In this document: positions 1-11,995 of the stretch, piece by piece
Position numbering within the stretch: the stretch's first letter is position 1
Layout: each line of letters starts with the position of its first letter
Assembly (NCBI GenBank): GCA_964016885.1
Contig: OZ024740.1
Location: 346,332,001-346,396,000 of the forward strand
Source: Eledone cirrhosa
Lineage: Eukaryota
DNA length: 64,000 nt
Reading direction: 5' to 3'
Program-made: the position numbers and the translations under genes
Notes under the pieces: model-generated
Database searches by the model: none
What the model saw: only the letters and a program-made list of their open reading frames with translations
What the model was told of the DNA's origin: nothing

Positions 1-737
1 GAATAGTTAGAAGATGAGAACTTTTGAGGGATTGGTTCCTCGATTAAATCGATCTTAGTACTTGAATGACACTTTATGTTATCGACAATGAAATGATGGA
101 TGTGAATGTTGACCACAATGGGAATAAAACTTTGAACGTAGCGAATATATTCTGTTAGGCGCTATAACACATTAAACACTCACTATTTTTGTTTGTTTGT
201 TAGTTTTTATAAGATCTAATAAAAGAAAAGAAAAACATCGGCCCATCCGGGAGAGAATTTCTTGTGCTGCATTATCTAATACGTTCTTTAATTTTTTTTT
301 AAAAAGAGCAACTTATTTTAATGAAATGGGTACTATGTCTAGCAAAGTACGTGGTCATGGGAGGCTACTTGTTTGTTCTAACATCGTATTGTTTCTATTG
401 TTTCGCCTCGCATCCAATCTGAATGAACTGATCTATGCTCAAAGTCATTCAAGTGTGACCGTCCAGGAATTGCTAGATGCAAAGAATATCTAGGATTACT
501 TTATCCAATATCGAGATTGTCTTTTATATCTGGAAGGTCGAGTAATCACGTAGCGTTTTTTTTTTTGTGAGTGGCTCAAATATTTTAATATATATAATCA
601 ACAGGGCAACAACACACGGCAATACACAAAGTAGCTTCAAGGACATGAACAAGATATACGTGTTTAACTATCAGAAATCAAAGCAAATTTTCTGGTAATG
701 TTGTATATTGTTTATTTTCATATTTTATGACTTAATA

Positions 738-960
738 GGATAGTAGATTAGCAGTATCGGTAGAGCGTCGGTCAACATGCGTTGCAGCATAGAGATACGA
801 CCCTTTAGATTCTGATTTCATATGACACCGAGATTAGATTTGTTGTTCACCCCTATGTGGTCGATAAAATATAATACCAGTCTCGCACAAGAGTCAGTTT
901 AATCGAATTTACTTTCCCTCAAGTGTGTTGCTCTTGCGACAAAATCAGAAACTAGTATTT
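738..960 (+). mobile_element. Degenerate tRNA-derived SINE (same family as 40700-40922)
   Basis: Colinear similarity to the reverse complement of 40700-40922, including gtcgataaaat..taccagtc and the 3' tail. Confidence 0.7.
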
Positions 961-1618
961 TACGAGTTATACACGTTTACAGGGGCCTTAGGGAGCTTTG
1001 TATATTGACTGTGGTTGAAGGAAAAACCGCAAATTTTGCATAGATATATTTGCGTGATGTATTTGCATTCATTTCTGTTCAAGTCTGACAGAAATCGATT
1101 TCATGCGTTCATTACTCTATTGTCGTTAGGATAAGTACCAGTCAAATACTTTGGGCAATCTAAATGAATGATTCCTTGAAACAAAATCTCTGTTCTTATA
1201 TCTCTATTAGAAAGCATTATATTAATCAACATCATTCTCATCATTATGATCATCATAATCTATCTCATTTATCGACATCCACTTATGCGTTATAATTCTT
1301 ATCCTCATCCTCCCAGTGTGATTATTTCTTATAATTGACATTTACCCAAAGCTGAAATTTAATTGTTGATGAGAATTGTGACTGTCAAAAGAGATTATAC
1401 ATGATTTTCTTTATTTCCTACGAAACATAAAATACAAAATATAAGAAAACACAATGCAGACAATTTTGTATTGTTTTACTCGTGATAATTATATTATATC
1501 ACTTTGAGAATGTATTTGGGGATCACCGCAAAGTTTCATGGGAATTGTACGCGGTTTTCCAACGATGATCAATTATGTTGCCATAGATTTTAATGGAATT
1601 ATTTGAAATTGCGTTTCC

Positions 1619-1786
1619 TGGTAGCAGACATGACTCTGTTGTTAAGAACTTCATTTATAAACACCAGAGTTACCTGTTCGAGATCCATGCGCAATAAATC
1701 CTAGAAATATTTATTTCTAACGTAGCGAGAGTTTCACCAACATTTTGCCAGCGATACAATAATGAACGGAACATTTGTTAAAGTTC

Positions 1787-1790
<4 letters not shown>
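1619..1790 (+). mobile_element. Degenerate tRNA-SINE of a second family, ending in a (TA)n(TG)n tail
   Basis: A/B-box-like head followed by a microsatellite tail; resembles a common octopus SINE from memory. Confidence 0.4.
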
Positions 1791-1860
<70 letters not shown>

Positions 1861-1906
1861 CGTGCCCGCGTGAGTGTGTGTGTGTATGTATACATATATA
1901 TATATA

Positions 1907-2966
1907 TATTGTGTTGGACAGACATTTCCCGCCGTTTTACAAAAGGAGGTATTATGGTTGAATTATCTGGACAAAGTATAGTAGCATCGAGTCGATGCAT
2001 TGACAATACATTTGGGTCACTCAATATATCTGCGCGCAGTGCCTGGGACTTGTTGTCACGATTCCGTTCCGGTGATTAGTGTTGAAGATCGAACTAGCAC
2101 AGGACGTCATGCAACTTCAATGACGAGCGACTAATGGAGCTGGTGGAAGCCGACCCATTACAGACATCTCGTTAACTCTTCAATGTGCTTGAGATTTTGA
2201 AATCTACCATCTTCAATCACTAGCATACAATATGGACAAATGTGAACCCCTAAATCTGACTCACCATAATCGTGAATGTCAGGCGGCAGCTGCGTATTCT
2301 CTGCTCTTATACCATAAAATAACCACCTGGTAGATTCCATTATCACTGGTGATGAAAAATGATATCTTCACATGAATGTTAAATGCAACAGATCGTGGTT
2401 TGATAAAGAGAGTGCGCCACACCGGCAATGAAAGGCTGGTCTGAACCCCTACAGGACCCTACTAAGTGTCCTATGGGACTGGTCATGTATTATCCACTAT
2501 GGATTACTCCGACGGAACACCTGCATAAAATCTTACGTCTATTTCCAACAACTTGGCAGATCAGCGGTGAAAATCACACAGGTACGGCCATACCTTGTTC
2601 CTGTTTGATTCATTCATAATAAAACCCAGCTGCATATATCAAGGCTGATCCATGAAAAGCTGTTGAATCTAGTATGTTCTGCCCCACCCTAAGTTTTCAC
2701 CCGAATTCCCGCCTACAGGTTGTTGCCTATTACTCTAAACAATGCAATGTAGTCAGAAACTTTCACCAATGTAGACCTGTTAAATCATTGACTGAAGGAA
2801 TTTTTTTCATCGAAGTCAGAGGAATTCTACAGGAATGAAATTATTGATGGCAGACTGTAATCGCAAATGATGGCAATTATTTTGACTTGCAAAATGTTCC
2901 TGTTAAAAAATCGCCAAAGTCAATCGTAATTTGAAAATCGATAAGAACTTCCTGTTCATCCTAATA
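1907..2966 (+). mobile_element. Decayed mariner DNA transposon
   Basis: IITGDEK*YLHMNVKCNRSW at 2339, LPHPKFSPEFPP (YSPDLAP-like) at ~2680, EFFSSKSEEFYRNE and WQTVIANDGNYFD near the end; degenerate TIRs flanked by TA. Confidence 0.85.
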
Positions 2967-2994
2967 TATATATTGTATATACATATATATATTG

Positions 2995-3064
<70 letters not shown>

Positions 3065-4355
3065 TGTATAGATATATAGATATATAGATACATATAATAG
3101 AATTAGAATTTAGCTTCGAACATAGCTGTATATATGTATTTAAATTTCGTATTTCCAAAGAAATACGTTATGTTTATAAAAAAATATTTAGAAAGCTATA
3201 GGTATGAATAACACACCGGGAGCTAACGATTCCAGGCGGTGCCCGACAGGAGCAAGGAGGCAATCGTCGACGCATTTCGAACTCAACTGGTTCCCGCCAG
3301 CATGCTTTTGCAACTGCCGGACTCTGAAAACAGGCGAAAAAAAAAATGTTTCCTACTGTAAATGAGGTGAATAATCTGATAGGCATATGAAGTTGTATAA
3401 GTTGGCTCAACTTACAATAGAATAGAATTAGAAACTAGCTTCGAACATAGCTGTATACAAATATTTGTACACAGATATGTTCTTCTATACTCCTTTAATA
3501 ATTACTTTATAATCAATATATCAGGATAAGCTGATACTAGGTGTGATTAGAAAAACATATTATTTAATTATACACTTTTACAATTGTTGATATTAAAACG
3601 TCAATTATAGTAACGAAATGATTGGAAATAGCTATATACTGTGACAATAACAAAACATATAAAAAATATTAACAAATTTTTTGGAAATATTTCCGCAAAT
3701 TGACATATTTATATTATATATATATTCAAATTTTAGTTCATGAACATTGCTAAAAGAAACAGTAATGCACAATGTAATTTTTTGGTATTTATTAATAAAG
3801 CAAAAATTCAAATTTATAATAATTAAGATTTCGAACATGCATATTCGTTGTTACATCAACTAAAAATAAAATCAATGAATAACTTGTGCATATTCACAAT
3901 ACATAATGTATTGGTGTATAACTTTCGGTTGCTGATGGTTCACTAGTTTTAACACTCAATGGTAAGATAATATGTGAATCCGGATATCAAAGTGGCTTTC
4001 TACTTTTGCATCTTCACCAGTTTAGGTATGTGAATCAATTAGTGTTAATAATCATTATAAGTTGTAACGAAATATCACTGTATTTTATTAACACGTGACG
4101 AGCGTTTCACAATTGATCATCTCAAATTAAGTTCAGTCAACATTTTATCAGAATTATGAACTTTTGAATATATAGATACATATATAAATACATATACATA
4201 TATATATGTATATCTAGTAGAAATATACTTTCGCCGAATCTTTTAGTAAATAAATTTTAGCCTGATATGGTCCTTTAAAACCCTGTAAAAAATGGAGAGG
4301 ATGAGTATTTCTTTATATACTAAATTTTAGACTTCGCTCCCTGTTTCAAAACAAA

Positions 4356-4440
<85 letters not shown>

Positions 4441-4443
<3 letters not shown>

Positions 4444-4750
4444 AAAAAGTATGACCCCGGCGGAAGAGCTCAAGCCGTTTCGAAGGCTATTTCACTCCAG
4501 AAATAGTCGTCGAAACGGCTAGAGCTCTGGCGTCGGGGTCATACTTACTTTTTTCCTGTTTCCCACTCTACTACCCTAAGTATTGGGTACTCTGGTGCGT
4601 TATGGTCCTTACCACAATTTGGAAATAGGAAATAGGAAAAAAGTAAATATTACCCCGACGCCAGAGCTCTAGCCGTTTCGACGGCTATTTCTGGAGTGAA
4701 ATAGCCGTCGAAACGGCTTGAGCTTTTCCGCCGGGGTCATACTTTTTCCT
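4441..4750. repeat. Nested palindrome built from the 3' end of the PLE family at 5256-7496, TA-flanked
   Basis: Arms 4441-4562 and ~4627-4750 are inverted and each is itself a hairpin; the spacer ctctactaccctaagtattg..ttatggtcc matches 7426-7468. Confidence 0.85.
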
Positions 4751-4873
4751 ATATATATATATATATATATGTGTGTGTAGGAGGTGAATTTTATTGTAGT
4801 ACAATAAAGCAATGCAGATATCGGATAAGTAGCACTCTACAGTTTGTAGTACTGGAGTATAAATAATATATAC

Positions 4874-5194
4874 GATTAAAAAATGGTTAAAAGAGTTCCA
4901 TGTATTTTATTATGCGCATTTCAAAAACAAATATCATCATGCGATGACTTTGCGTTTTCCTCAGATAAAATAGGGAAATATGATATGAAGGTTAAAAAAC
5001 ACTTGTGAATAGTGTAGTTTTAAATCAACATATGATATGTTCATTTAAAACTGAACTATTCAGAAGTGTTTTTTAACCTTCATATTATGTCTCCCTATTT
5101 TATCTTACGAAAACGCAAATGTCAGCGCATGATGATATTTGTTTTTGAAATGCGCATAATAAAATACATGGAACTCTTTTAACCATCTTTTTAT

Positions 5195-5195
<1 letters not shown>
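4874..5195. repeat. ~320-bp fold-back element carrying an HHR
   Basis: Inverted arms centred at 5034; followed by (TA)n. Confidence 0.9.
4903..4972 (-). ncRNA. Type I hammerhead ribozyme
   Basis: tattttat-CTGAGGA-stem II (aaacgcaaagtcatc gcat gatgatatttgttttt)-GAAA-tgcgca-TA-ataaaata; 8-bp stem I, palindromic stem III. Confidence 0.85.
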
Positions 5196-5258
<63 letters not shown>

Positions 5259-5693
5259 AACCAGTAAGACCTCGACGGCTGAGCTCAAGCCGTTTCGACG
5301 GCTAATTCTGGACTAAATGAAAAATTATCCTGGTATTTAAATAGCCGAGCTTCTCAAGGTGTAATTCCATATATGGTCAAAGTGATTGTCACAAGGATTG
5401 GTCACAAGTTAGTAGTAATTCTGTGATGGCAAATTAGTGGGGGAAGGGGTAGCTAAACCTGCCAGTAGGAGAAAAAGGGGAGAGGGTGGAATAGACCCAT
5501 TCATGCGTTGGTGGTGCCGGCTACAGCTGGGCGTGAGGTAAAAGAAGATACTAGGGTGGTGGAGGAGGAGGAAGTCGAAACGGTAAGTAGAACAATGAAG
5601 GGTAAAAATATACTGAGAGTGAAGCGAATAAATGTAAAGAAAAAAAAAAAAAGAAGCAATTTCTACGACCTAAATCTCTAGCTATTGCTAGGC

Positions 5694-5724
<31 letters not shown>

Positions 5725-5923
5725 ATGATTAAATAGATAAATAAATAAAAAAAAATAAATAAATAAACTAGGTGGGACGGAATAGGAAAGGACCCTTTTA
5801 AGTGGTATAAGTACGTATATCATACAGTTACGGGTCAACAAAGGTGGGCCAAAATACTAAAGAAACTACCACGAAATAATTAATAAAGGTTTCTACCCCG
5901 GGCACAAGGCCAGCAACAAGGCC

Positions 5924-6214
5924 AGAAACCCGGCCCGGCGTCACGCCACTACACTTTCGGGCCACATATGGGACCTCAAGGACAACAACATCACCTATGA
6001 TCTCACTTGGAGATTACTGTCATGAGCCAACTCTTACACGGGAGGGCGCCGTCCGTGCAATTTATGCTCGGAGGAAACTTTACAAATACTGTTTTCAACG
6101 GACCAACTCCTAAACAAGAAAGATGAACTCGTTACTGCATGTAAACACAGATTGCGTAGGACTTACCTCGCCCTCAAACCCCATAATGACCCGGGGGGTA
6201 GACTAGGGCTATAA
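5924..6214 (+). pseudogene. PLE GIY-YIG endonuclease C-terminal fragment (one in-frame TGA at 6023)
   Basis: RHATTLSGHIWDLKDNNITYDLTWRLLS*ANSYTGGRRPCNLCSEETLQILFSTDQLLNKKDELVTACKHR; the LSxHIWxLK..W..CxLC..E..LLN..CxH pattern is typical of Naiad/Chlamys PLEs. Confidence 0.8.
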
Positions 6215-7311
6215 CACCCCACTTGCCGATTTTGTAATGGGCAACCCCTGCTTGCCAAGGGAGACGTAAGATCTTCTTTTATATTCTTTTATCGCTTCCT
6301 CTATATTTCCTTCTCCCCCCATCCCTCCCTAGTCCTTCTACCCCATTTTTTTTGTGGCCGTCTTTTTCTCGCCCACCCAAGGTAGCCTCTCGGCACTTGT
6401 AGCCTCAGTACCCTCACCCCCTCCCCTAGTCTATGTTAGATTAGGCGGACTCCGCTTTCTATAGCAGTTGTGTTAGACCACGGATACTTGCCCCCTTATC
6501 CGACCGCTACACCTTTTTTCCGTGCCTTCTATGTTTCTTAGTGGCATCTCTGCTTTATTTCTCGTATATTCAGTTTTTCTTTCTTCTCTTTTCTTTTGGG
6601 CGGGGTGGATTCTGAATTAATTTTCCGTATTCTACTTTTACTTCGTACGAACTTTCATGTAGCTTGTATAAGAACTTTTGTAGCGTGGCGGTACCCTTAG
6701 AGTTAGCATTAGTATATTTTTTTCGGGACTCTGAATTATTATTTCGTAGTAGTTTACTTTTCTGCACTGGGTGGTTGCTGGCCTTGTGCCGGGGGTAGAA
6801 ACCTTTATTAATTATTTCGTGGTAGTTTCTTTAGTATTTTGGCCCCCCTTTGTTGACCCGTCACTGTATGATATTCGTACTTATACCTCTTAAAAGGGTC
6901 CTTTCCTAATCCGTCCCACCTTGTTTATTTATTTATTATTTTTTATTTATTTATCTATTTATTCATTTATTTATTTATTTATTTATTTAGCCTAGCAATA
7001 GCGAGAGACTTAGGTCGTAGACATTTTTTTTTTCTTTACATTTATTCGCTTCACTCTCAGTATATTTTTACCCTTCATTGTTCTACTTACCGTTTCGACT
7101 TCCTCCTCCTCGCCCTCCTTAGTATCTTCTTTGACCTCACGCCCAGCTGTAGCCGGCACCACCAACGCATGAATGGGTCTACTCCACCCCCTCCCCTTTT
7201 TCTCCTACTGGCAGGTTTAGCTACCCCTTCCCCCCACTAATTTGCCATCACAGAATCACTACTAACTTGTGACCAATCCTTGTGACAATCACTTTGACCA
7301 TATATGGAATT

Positions 7312-7404
7312 ACCCCTTGAGAAGCTCGGCTATTTAAATACCAGGATAAATTTTCGTTTAGTCCAGAATTACCCTCGAAACGGCTTGAGTTCAGCCGTCG
7401 GGGT
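7312..7404 (+). ncRNA. Type I hammerhead ribozyme, U3-A8 core variant (mirror copy 5269-5362 on minus)
   Basis: acccc-TTGAGAA-long stem II-GAAA-cggct tgagttc agccg-TC-ggggt; stem II is better paired in the mirror copy (cggcta/tagccg). Confidence 0.75.
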
Positions 7405-7504
7405 CTTACTGGTTCCTATTACCAACTCTACTACCCTAAGTATTGAGTACTTTGGTGCGTTATGGTCCACCTGGTTCCTTACCACATTTCCTTCGTTATA
7501 TATA

Positions 7505-7589
<85 letters not shown>

Positions 7590-7590
7590 G

Positions 7591-8347
7591 TAATAAATGT
7601 AATCCGAGTTTTTCGAATATATTAATTGTTTCTACTTTAAGCACAAGGCCAGCAATTATCCAGTGCATTACTGGTACTTTATTCGAATATAATAATAATA
7701 TTCAATTCGTTTGCAAGTATGCAAACAAGCCTCATTTTTAAAGCCATGTCAGTAGAATGAGCCCCTCATTCATTCTCTTGTGTTGGCATGTAAACAGAAC
7801 TGCAGACAGCAATGTGTACAGTTCACTGTTCACCTGCCAACTGTCAGAGCTAGTGAAAAAATATATTTTTTAAAATATACAGTGACTGATCGGCATGATT
7901 TGCATATTAGCAGACGGGCTAATCAGTCAGTATTATTGCATATTAGCAGATCCACTGATCAGCCAGATTTACATATCAGCAGACTGGCCAGTCAGTTTCC
8001 TGTATACGAGCGATAGATAGCCGGCTTTGACAAATTCAAACAGTGAACTGTACTGTGTCTGCAGATCTGACTGATCAGCCAGTCTGGTAATATGCAAATC
8101 ATGCGGATCAGTCACTGTATATTTTAGAAAATATATATATTCACTAGCTCTTACAGTTGGAAGGTGAACAGTGAACTCTACTGATAAAGGGTAATAACCA
8201 GGAACATTGGTGGCTGCAGTTTTGTTTACATGCCAACACGAAGGGCTCATTCTACTGACATTGCTTTAAAAATGAGGCTTATTTGCATAATTGCAAACGA
8301 ATCTAATATTATTATTAATATTCGAAAAACTCAGTTTAAATTTATTG
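7591..8347. mobile_element. Fold-back/MITE-like element with a SINE tail inserted in the left arm
   Basis: ~250-300-bp inverted arms; internal gcatattagcaga subrepeats; SINE fragment 7622-7681 flanked by TSD ttcgaatata (7612-7621, 7682-7691). Confidence 0.75.
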
Positions 8348-8410
8348 TATTCAGCCATGTAGAGCAAAAAAAAAAATGTTTATGATATATATATATATAT
8401 ATATATATAT

Positions 8411-8503
8411 AGGAACCAGTAAGACCCCGACAGCTGAGCTCAAGCCGTTTCGACGGCTAATTCTGGACTAAATGAAAATTTATCCTGGTATTTAAATAGC
8501 CGA
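8411..8503 (-). mobile_element. 93-bp fragment of the PLE HHR region between two TA tracts
   Basis: Near-identical to 5256-5348 and starts at the same base. Confidence 0.9.
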
Positions 8504-10354
8504 TATATATATATATATAAATTCGTTAAGTATTTATCTTTCGAAAAATATGAATTGTGTTGATAAGAGAAAGATTCGTGTGCTGTCAAATTTAAGCATG
8601 TCCACCCTACATCTTCTTTCACCATACACCCCAAGCAGAAATATACTTAGCGTGCTTCCATTTGAAAAGATGGTGACAGGCCGGTATAGTCCAACACGTG
8701 GTAACATTTGCTTGGCCACAAGCCTTCATGCACGAATATTTGGCGATAGCGTGCAACAGTGATTCGTTATCCAATATCTGTAAAATTTATTTCGAAATCA
8801 AAATACCAAATTGTTGCACTTCTTTGCCAAGGAATTGTGTATATTGACCATATTTTGCATTGTGAAATGTTCACAGACGTTTCTGCTTTGACGACACCTG
8901 AAGCAGCCCCAAAGAGATCGTCGTTCATAAACTTCCTTAATTCTGTAACGAATAGAAACACTGATTTATGGTTGACAATCACCTTCTCTAGTTACTAATA
9001 TGTTCGGACAACTTCGCAACAATCTAGATGCCTGTCACCTCACCGAGATCTGCGCTTGACAACGGGTTGTAACTTAGTTAAGCACACCATCAGTCATAAT
9101 CCGGTCACCCGAAAGAAACCAACGCCAGTTGAACTATGCTTTCGTTTCCGTTGTCGACACGTTTCTCAACTTTATTCTATACGTGTTAGCCACACACCGT
9201 GGTTGCGCCACATTAATATTGAACACTTCATCACGTCCTTTCAGGGAAAACCATCTCAGTTTATTTCTGAATGAGAGTAACCACCCTATCTTTCAACTTT
9301 TCCCAGTTCTGTTATGTTGGTAGTTTTGGCTCAAATCATTTCACTTCATTTTACCGAGACGTCGATCCAGTGGGAACCAATTGCTGCCTGTCACATTCTT
9401 TTCTTTTTACATGCGTAGGTGCAAACCTTCTGCCCACGCCAGTTGTTGACAGGTCCTGTATCCCACTAATATGTACCTAGAATTGTAACCACCTCGTCAA
9501 TATCTGAAGGATCCAGTTCCATGATGGTGACATTGTCTGTAATCCAGTGCACGGTTGCCTCCCTCTACAACAAAGCTTCTAACACAAAAACATAGAGAAG
9601 AAATGTGGAACACTTATTGGTTCGAATGTTCAAGGTGAAACAGCTCTGTGGCCGTTTAGTTTGACAACCAAATAGCTGATGTATATATTTTTATCAATCT
9701 TGCAGGAATAAAAAGCAAAGGAGAATTTGAAATCAGAACTAGAAGAGTGGGAAGTAATACCGAGAAACATATTGTCCATCCCACTAAAGGTTCTAACAAA
9801 AGATACATTCCTGTCTTGCTTTACATCTAATGCCAAGTTTTATTCTGGTAGGATTTCTGTTCAACTTTCACTGTGACAAACACAAAATAGTGTAAAATTA
9901 TAATCTTTGCCACATCTCTTTCATAATAATAATAGTATCTACCATTTGCATAAAACCGCTATTGCAGGATAAGACAGAGCGTTAACAACAACAGTAACAA
10001 AATAAAACAACAACAACTGGTAAACCACTAATATAAAAAATAACATATTCGACTTGTTTATTAGGATAATGTGGCACGTGGCTATTGAAAATTGGGCTGG
10101 TTTCACAAATTATCATACAATTCCGACACGAACGTCACAGGCGAACGCTAAAAACCACCGAATATTTAACAACCATCTTCATCCATTACAATCATCACTA
10201 CTAATTGAATCTCATTCCGGAATTCAATTACATATCCATTTACAGTGGGTTGGTGGAGCAGAAGAGGCAATCGTTGTCAGAGTAGGGATCATAAAACATT
10301 TATCGTGTATGTATGTCACTTGCACCAGCTATTAGAACGGAAAGAAGACAGGCT

Positions 10355-11030
10355 TGATGAATGAATGGACGCATGGATGGATAGATAGATGGATGGATAG
10401 ATATATTTTTATATATAGATGGATGGATAGCAGAAAGTTTAAAGATGGATGTTCGAATACGTGTATAAATGAAATGTTTAGGTGGTTGGATAAACGAATG
10501 GATAAATTGATAGATGCAACGATTGAATACATGAATGTGAGAAGGGATGTAGGGATGGATGGATATAAATATAGATGGAAAGATGGATGGAACGGATTGT
10601 GTGCGCATTGTATGAATGAAAGTAAAATGGATTATTGGATGAAAGAATATATTGATAGATGCATGGGTAGAAGAGATGGATCGATGGGACAATGTATAAA
10701 AGCATGAAAAGATACATAGATAAATAAATGGATGGGAAACTGAATACATGGGTTGTTTAGATAAATCTATGCCTGTATGAATGAAAGTATTAATAGATGC
10801 ATGGATGTTTAGACGGAGAGATACCTTAATATAAGGTATGAAATGAACGACTGATAGTGGAGATGGATGAAAGAATATTTGAACAGATAGGTATAGAGAT
10901 GGTTGCTCAAATATCTTATTGAATGAATGTGTAATTTCATATTTAGAGATGGAAATGAATGGATGGATGCGGAAAGAATGGATGTATGGATGAATAATTA
11001 GTTCGTTGTATAGATAGCTGATAGGGTAGT
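10355..11030. repeat. Decayed (GATG/GATA)n low-complexity tract
   Basis: Repeated gatgg/gatag words; source of the spurious 257-aa ORF. Confidence 0.85.
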
Positions 11031-11185
11031 TTATCATATGGTTACAGAGATTAACCTGAAATAAGTAAAACATTTAGGACAGTTTAATACATACGACATA
11101 CATTTCAAAGTATAATTAAAAAATGAGCATGAGAAATTGAAGAATGTACATGTATATATACATACATATAAACACACACACACAC

Positions 11186-11225
<40 letters not shown>

Positions 11226-11226
<1 letters not shown>

Positions 11227-11995
11227 AATGGAAAAAATGAAACAAAATTTCATTTCTCACTCTTAGTACGGCTGTTACTTAAATATAAGTATGTATACGT
11301 ACATACATATATGTATATAGACTTACAGTAGTATGTATATATATATACATACATGCACACGTATATATATGTACATATGGATTTACGGAATATTTATTAT
11401 AATGCTCGGTTTGTTTGTAAACAAACATCCTGAATTAAGCCCTACAGTGTTTAGCAACCATCTTTGCTCTTTTGTTCAACATTGACAAAGGAACGATGTA
11501 CTAGTTTCAAGCGTATTAGCTATCGTCAGCACCGTATACCTTCCTGCCAAATGATTGAACGTCTTAAAGTATATACTTTCCTTATGCATATTAACGGCTG
11601 AGTAGCCTAATTTGCATATCGAGTGAGTTAATCGGCCGGGCGCACCCAAAACGATAAATGGAAAAAATGAAACAAAATTTCATTTCTCACTCTTAGTACG
11701 GCTGTTACTTAAATATAAGTATGTATACGTACAATACGGTGCTGATGATCGCTAATAAGCTTGAAACTACTACATCGTTCCTTTGTCAGTGTTGAACAAA
11801 ATAGCAACGATGGTTACTAAATACTGTACGGCTTAATTCGGGATGTTTATTTACAAACAAACCGAGCATTATATAATAAATGTTCGGTGAATCCATACGT
11901 ACATATATATATGTGTGCATGTATGTATATATATACATACTACTGTACGTCTGTATACATATATGTATGTACGTATACATACTTATATTTAAGTA
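11226..11995. mobile_element. HHR family A element (430-bp unit; ~1.2 tandem units plus an inverted partial unit)
   Basis: 11226 repeats at 11656; inversion at 11733; HHR folds at 11493-11535 (-) and 11736-11778 (+); homologous to the 468-bp array. Confidence 0.9.

Larger units (their letters stand above)
5256..7496 (+). mobile_element. 5'-truncated Penelope-like element (Naiad/Chlamys-like) with an inverted terminal copy, inserted in (TA)n
   Basis: Inverted arms 5256-5917 and 6774-7417; GIY-YIG C-terminal remnant between them; HHR in each arm; TA tracts on both sides. Confidence 0.85.

Noticed and set aside
4092-4130. Possible minus-strand HHR (GAGATGA-tcaattgt-GAAA-cgctcg-TC)
   Set aside because: Core mutated and no stem I pairing; at best a relic
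6023-6025. In-frame TGA in the PLE ORF as selenocysteine (reported for some Naiad PLEs)
   Set aside because: It is not at a conserved Cys position; a CGA>TGA decay is more likely, and no SECIS was identified
10300-11073. 257-aa ORF
   Set aside because: Derived from a decayed (CATC)n repeat
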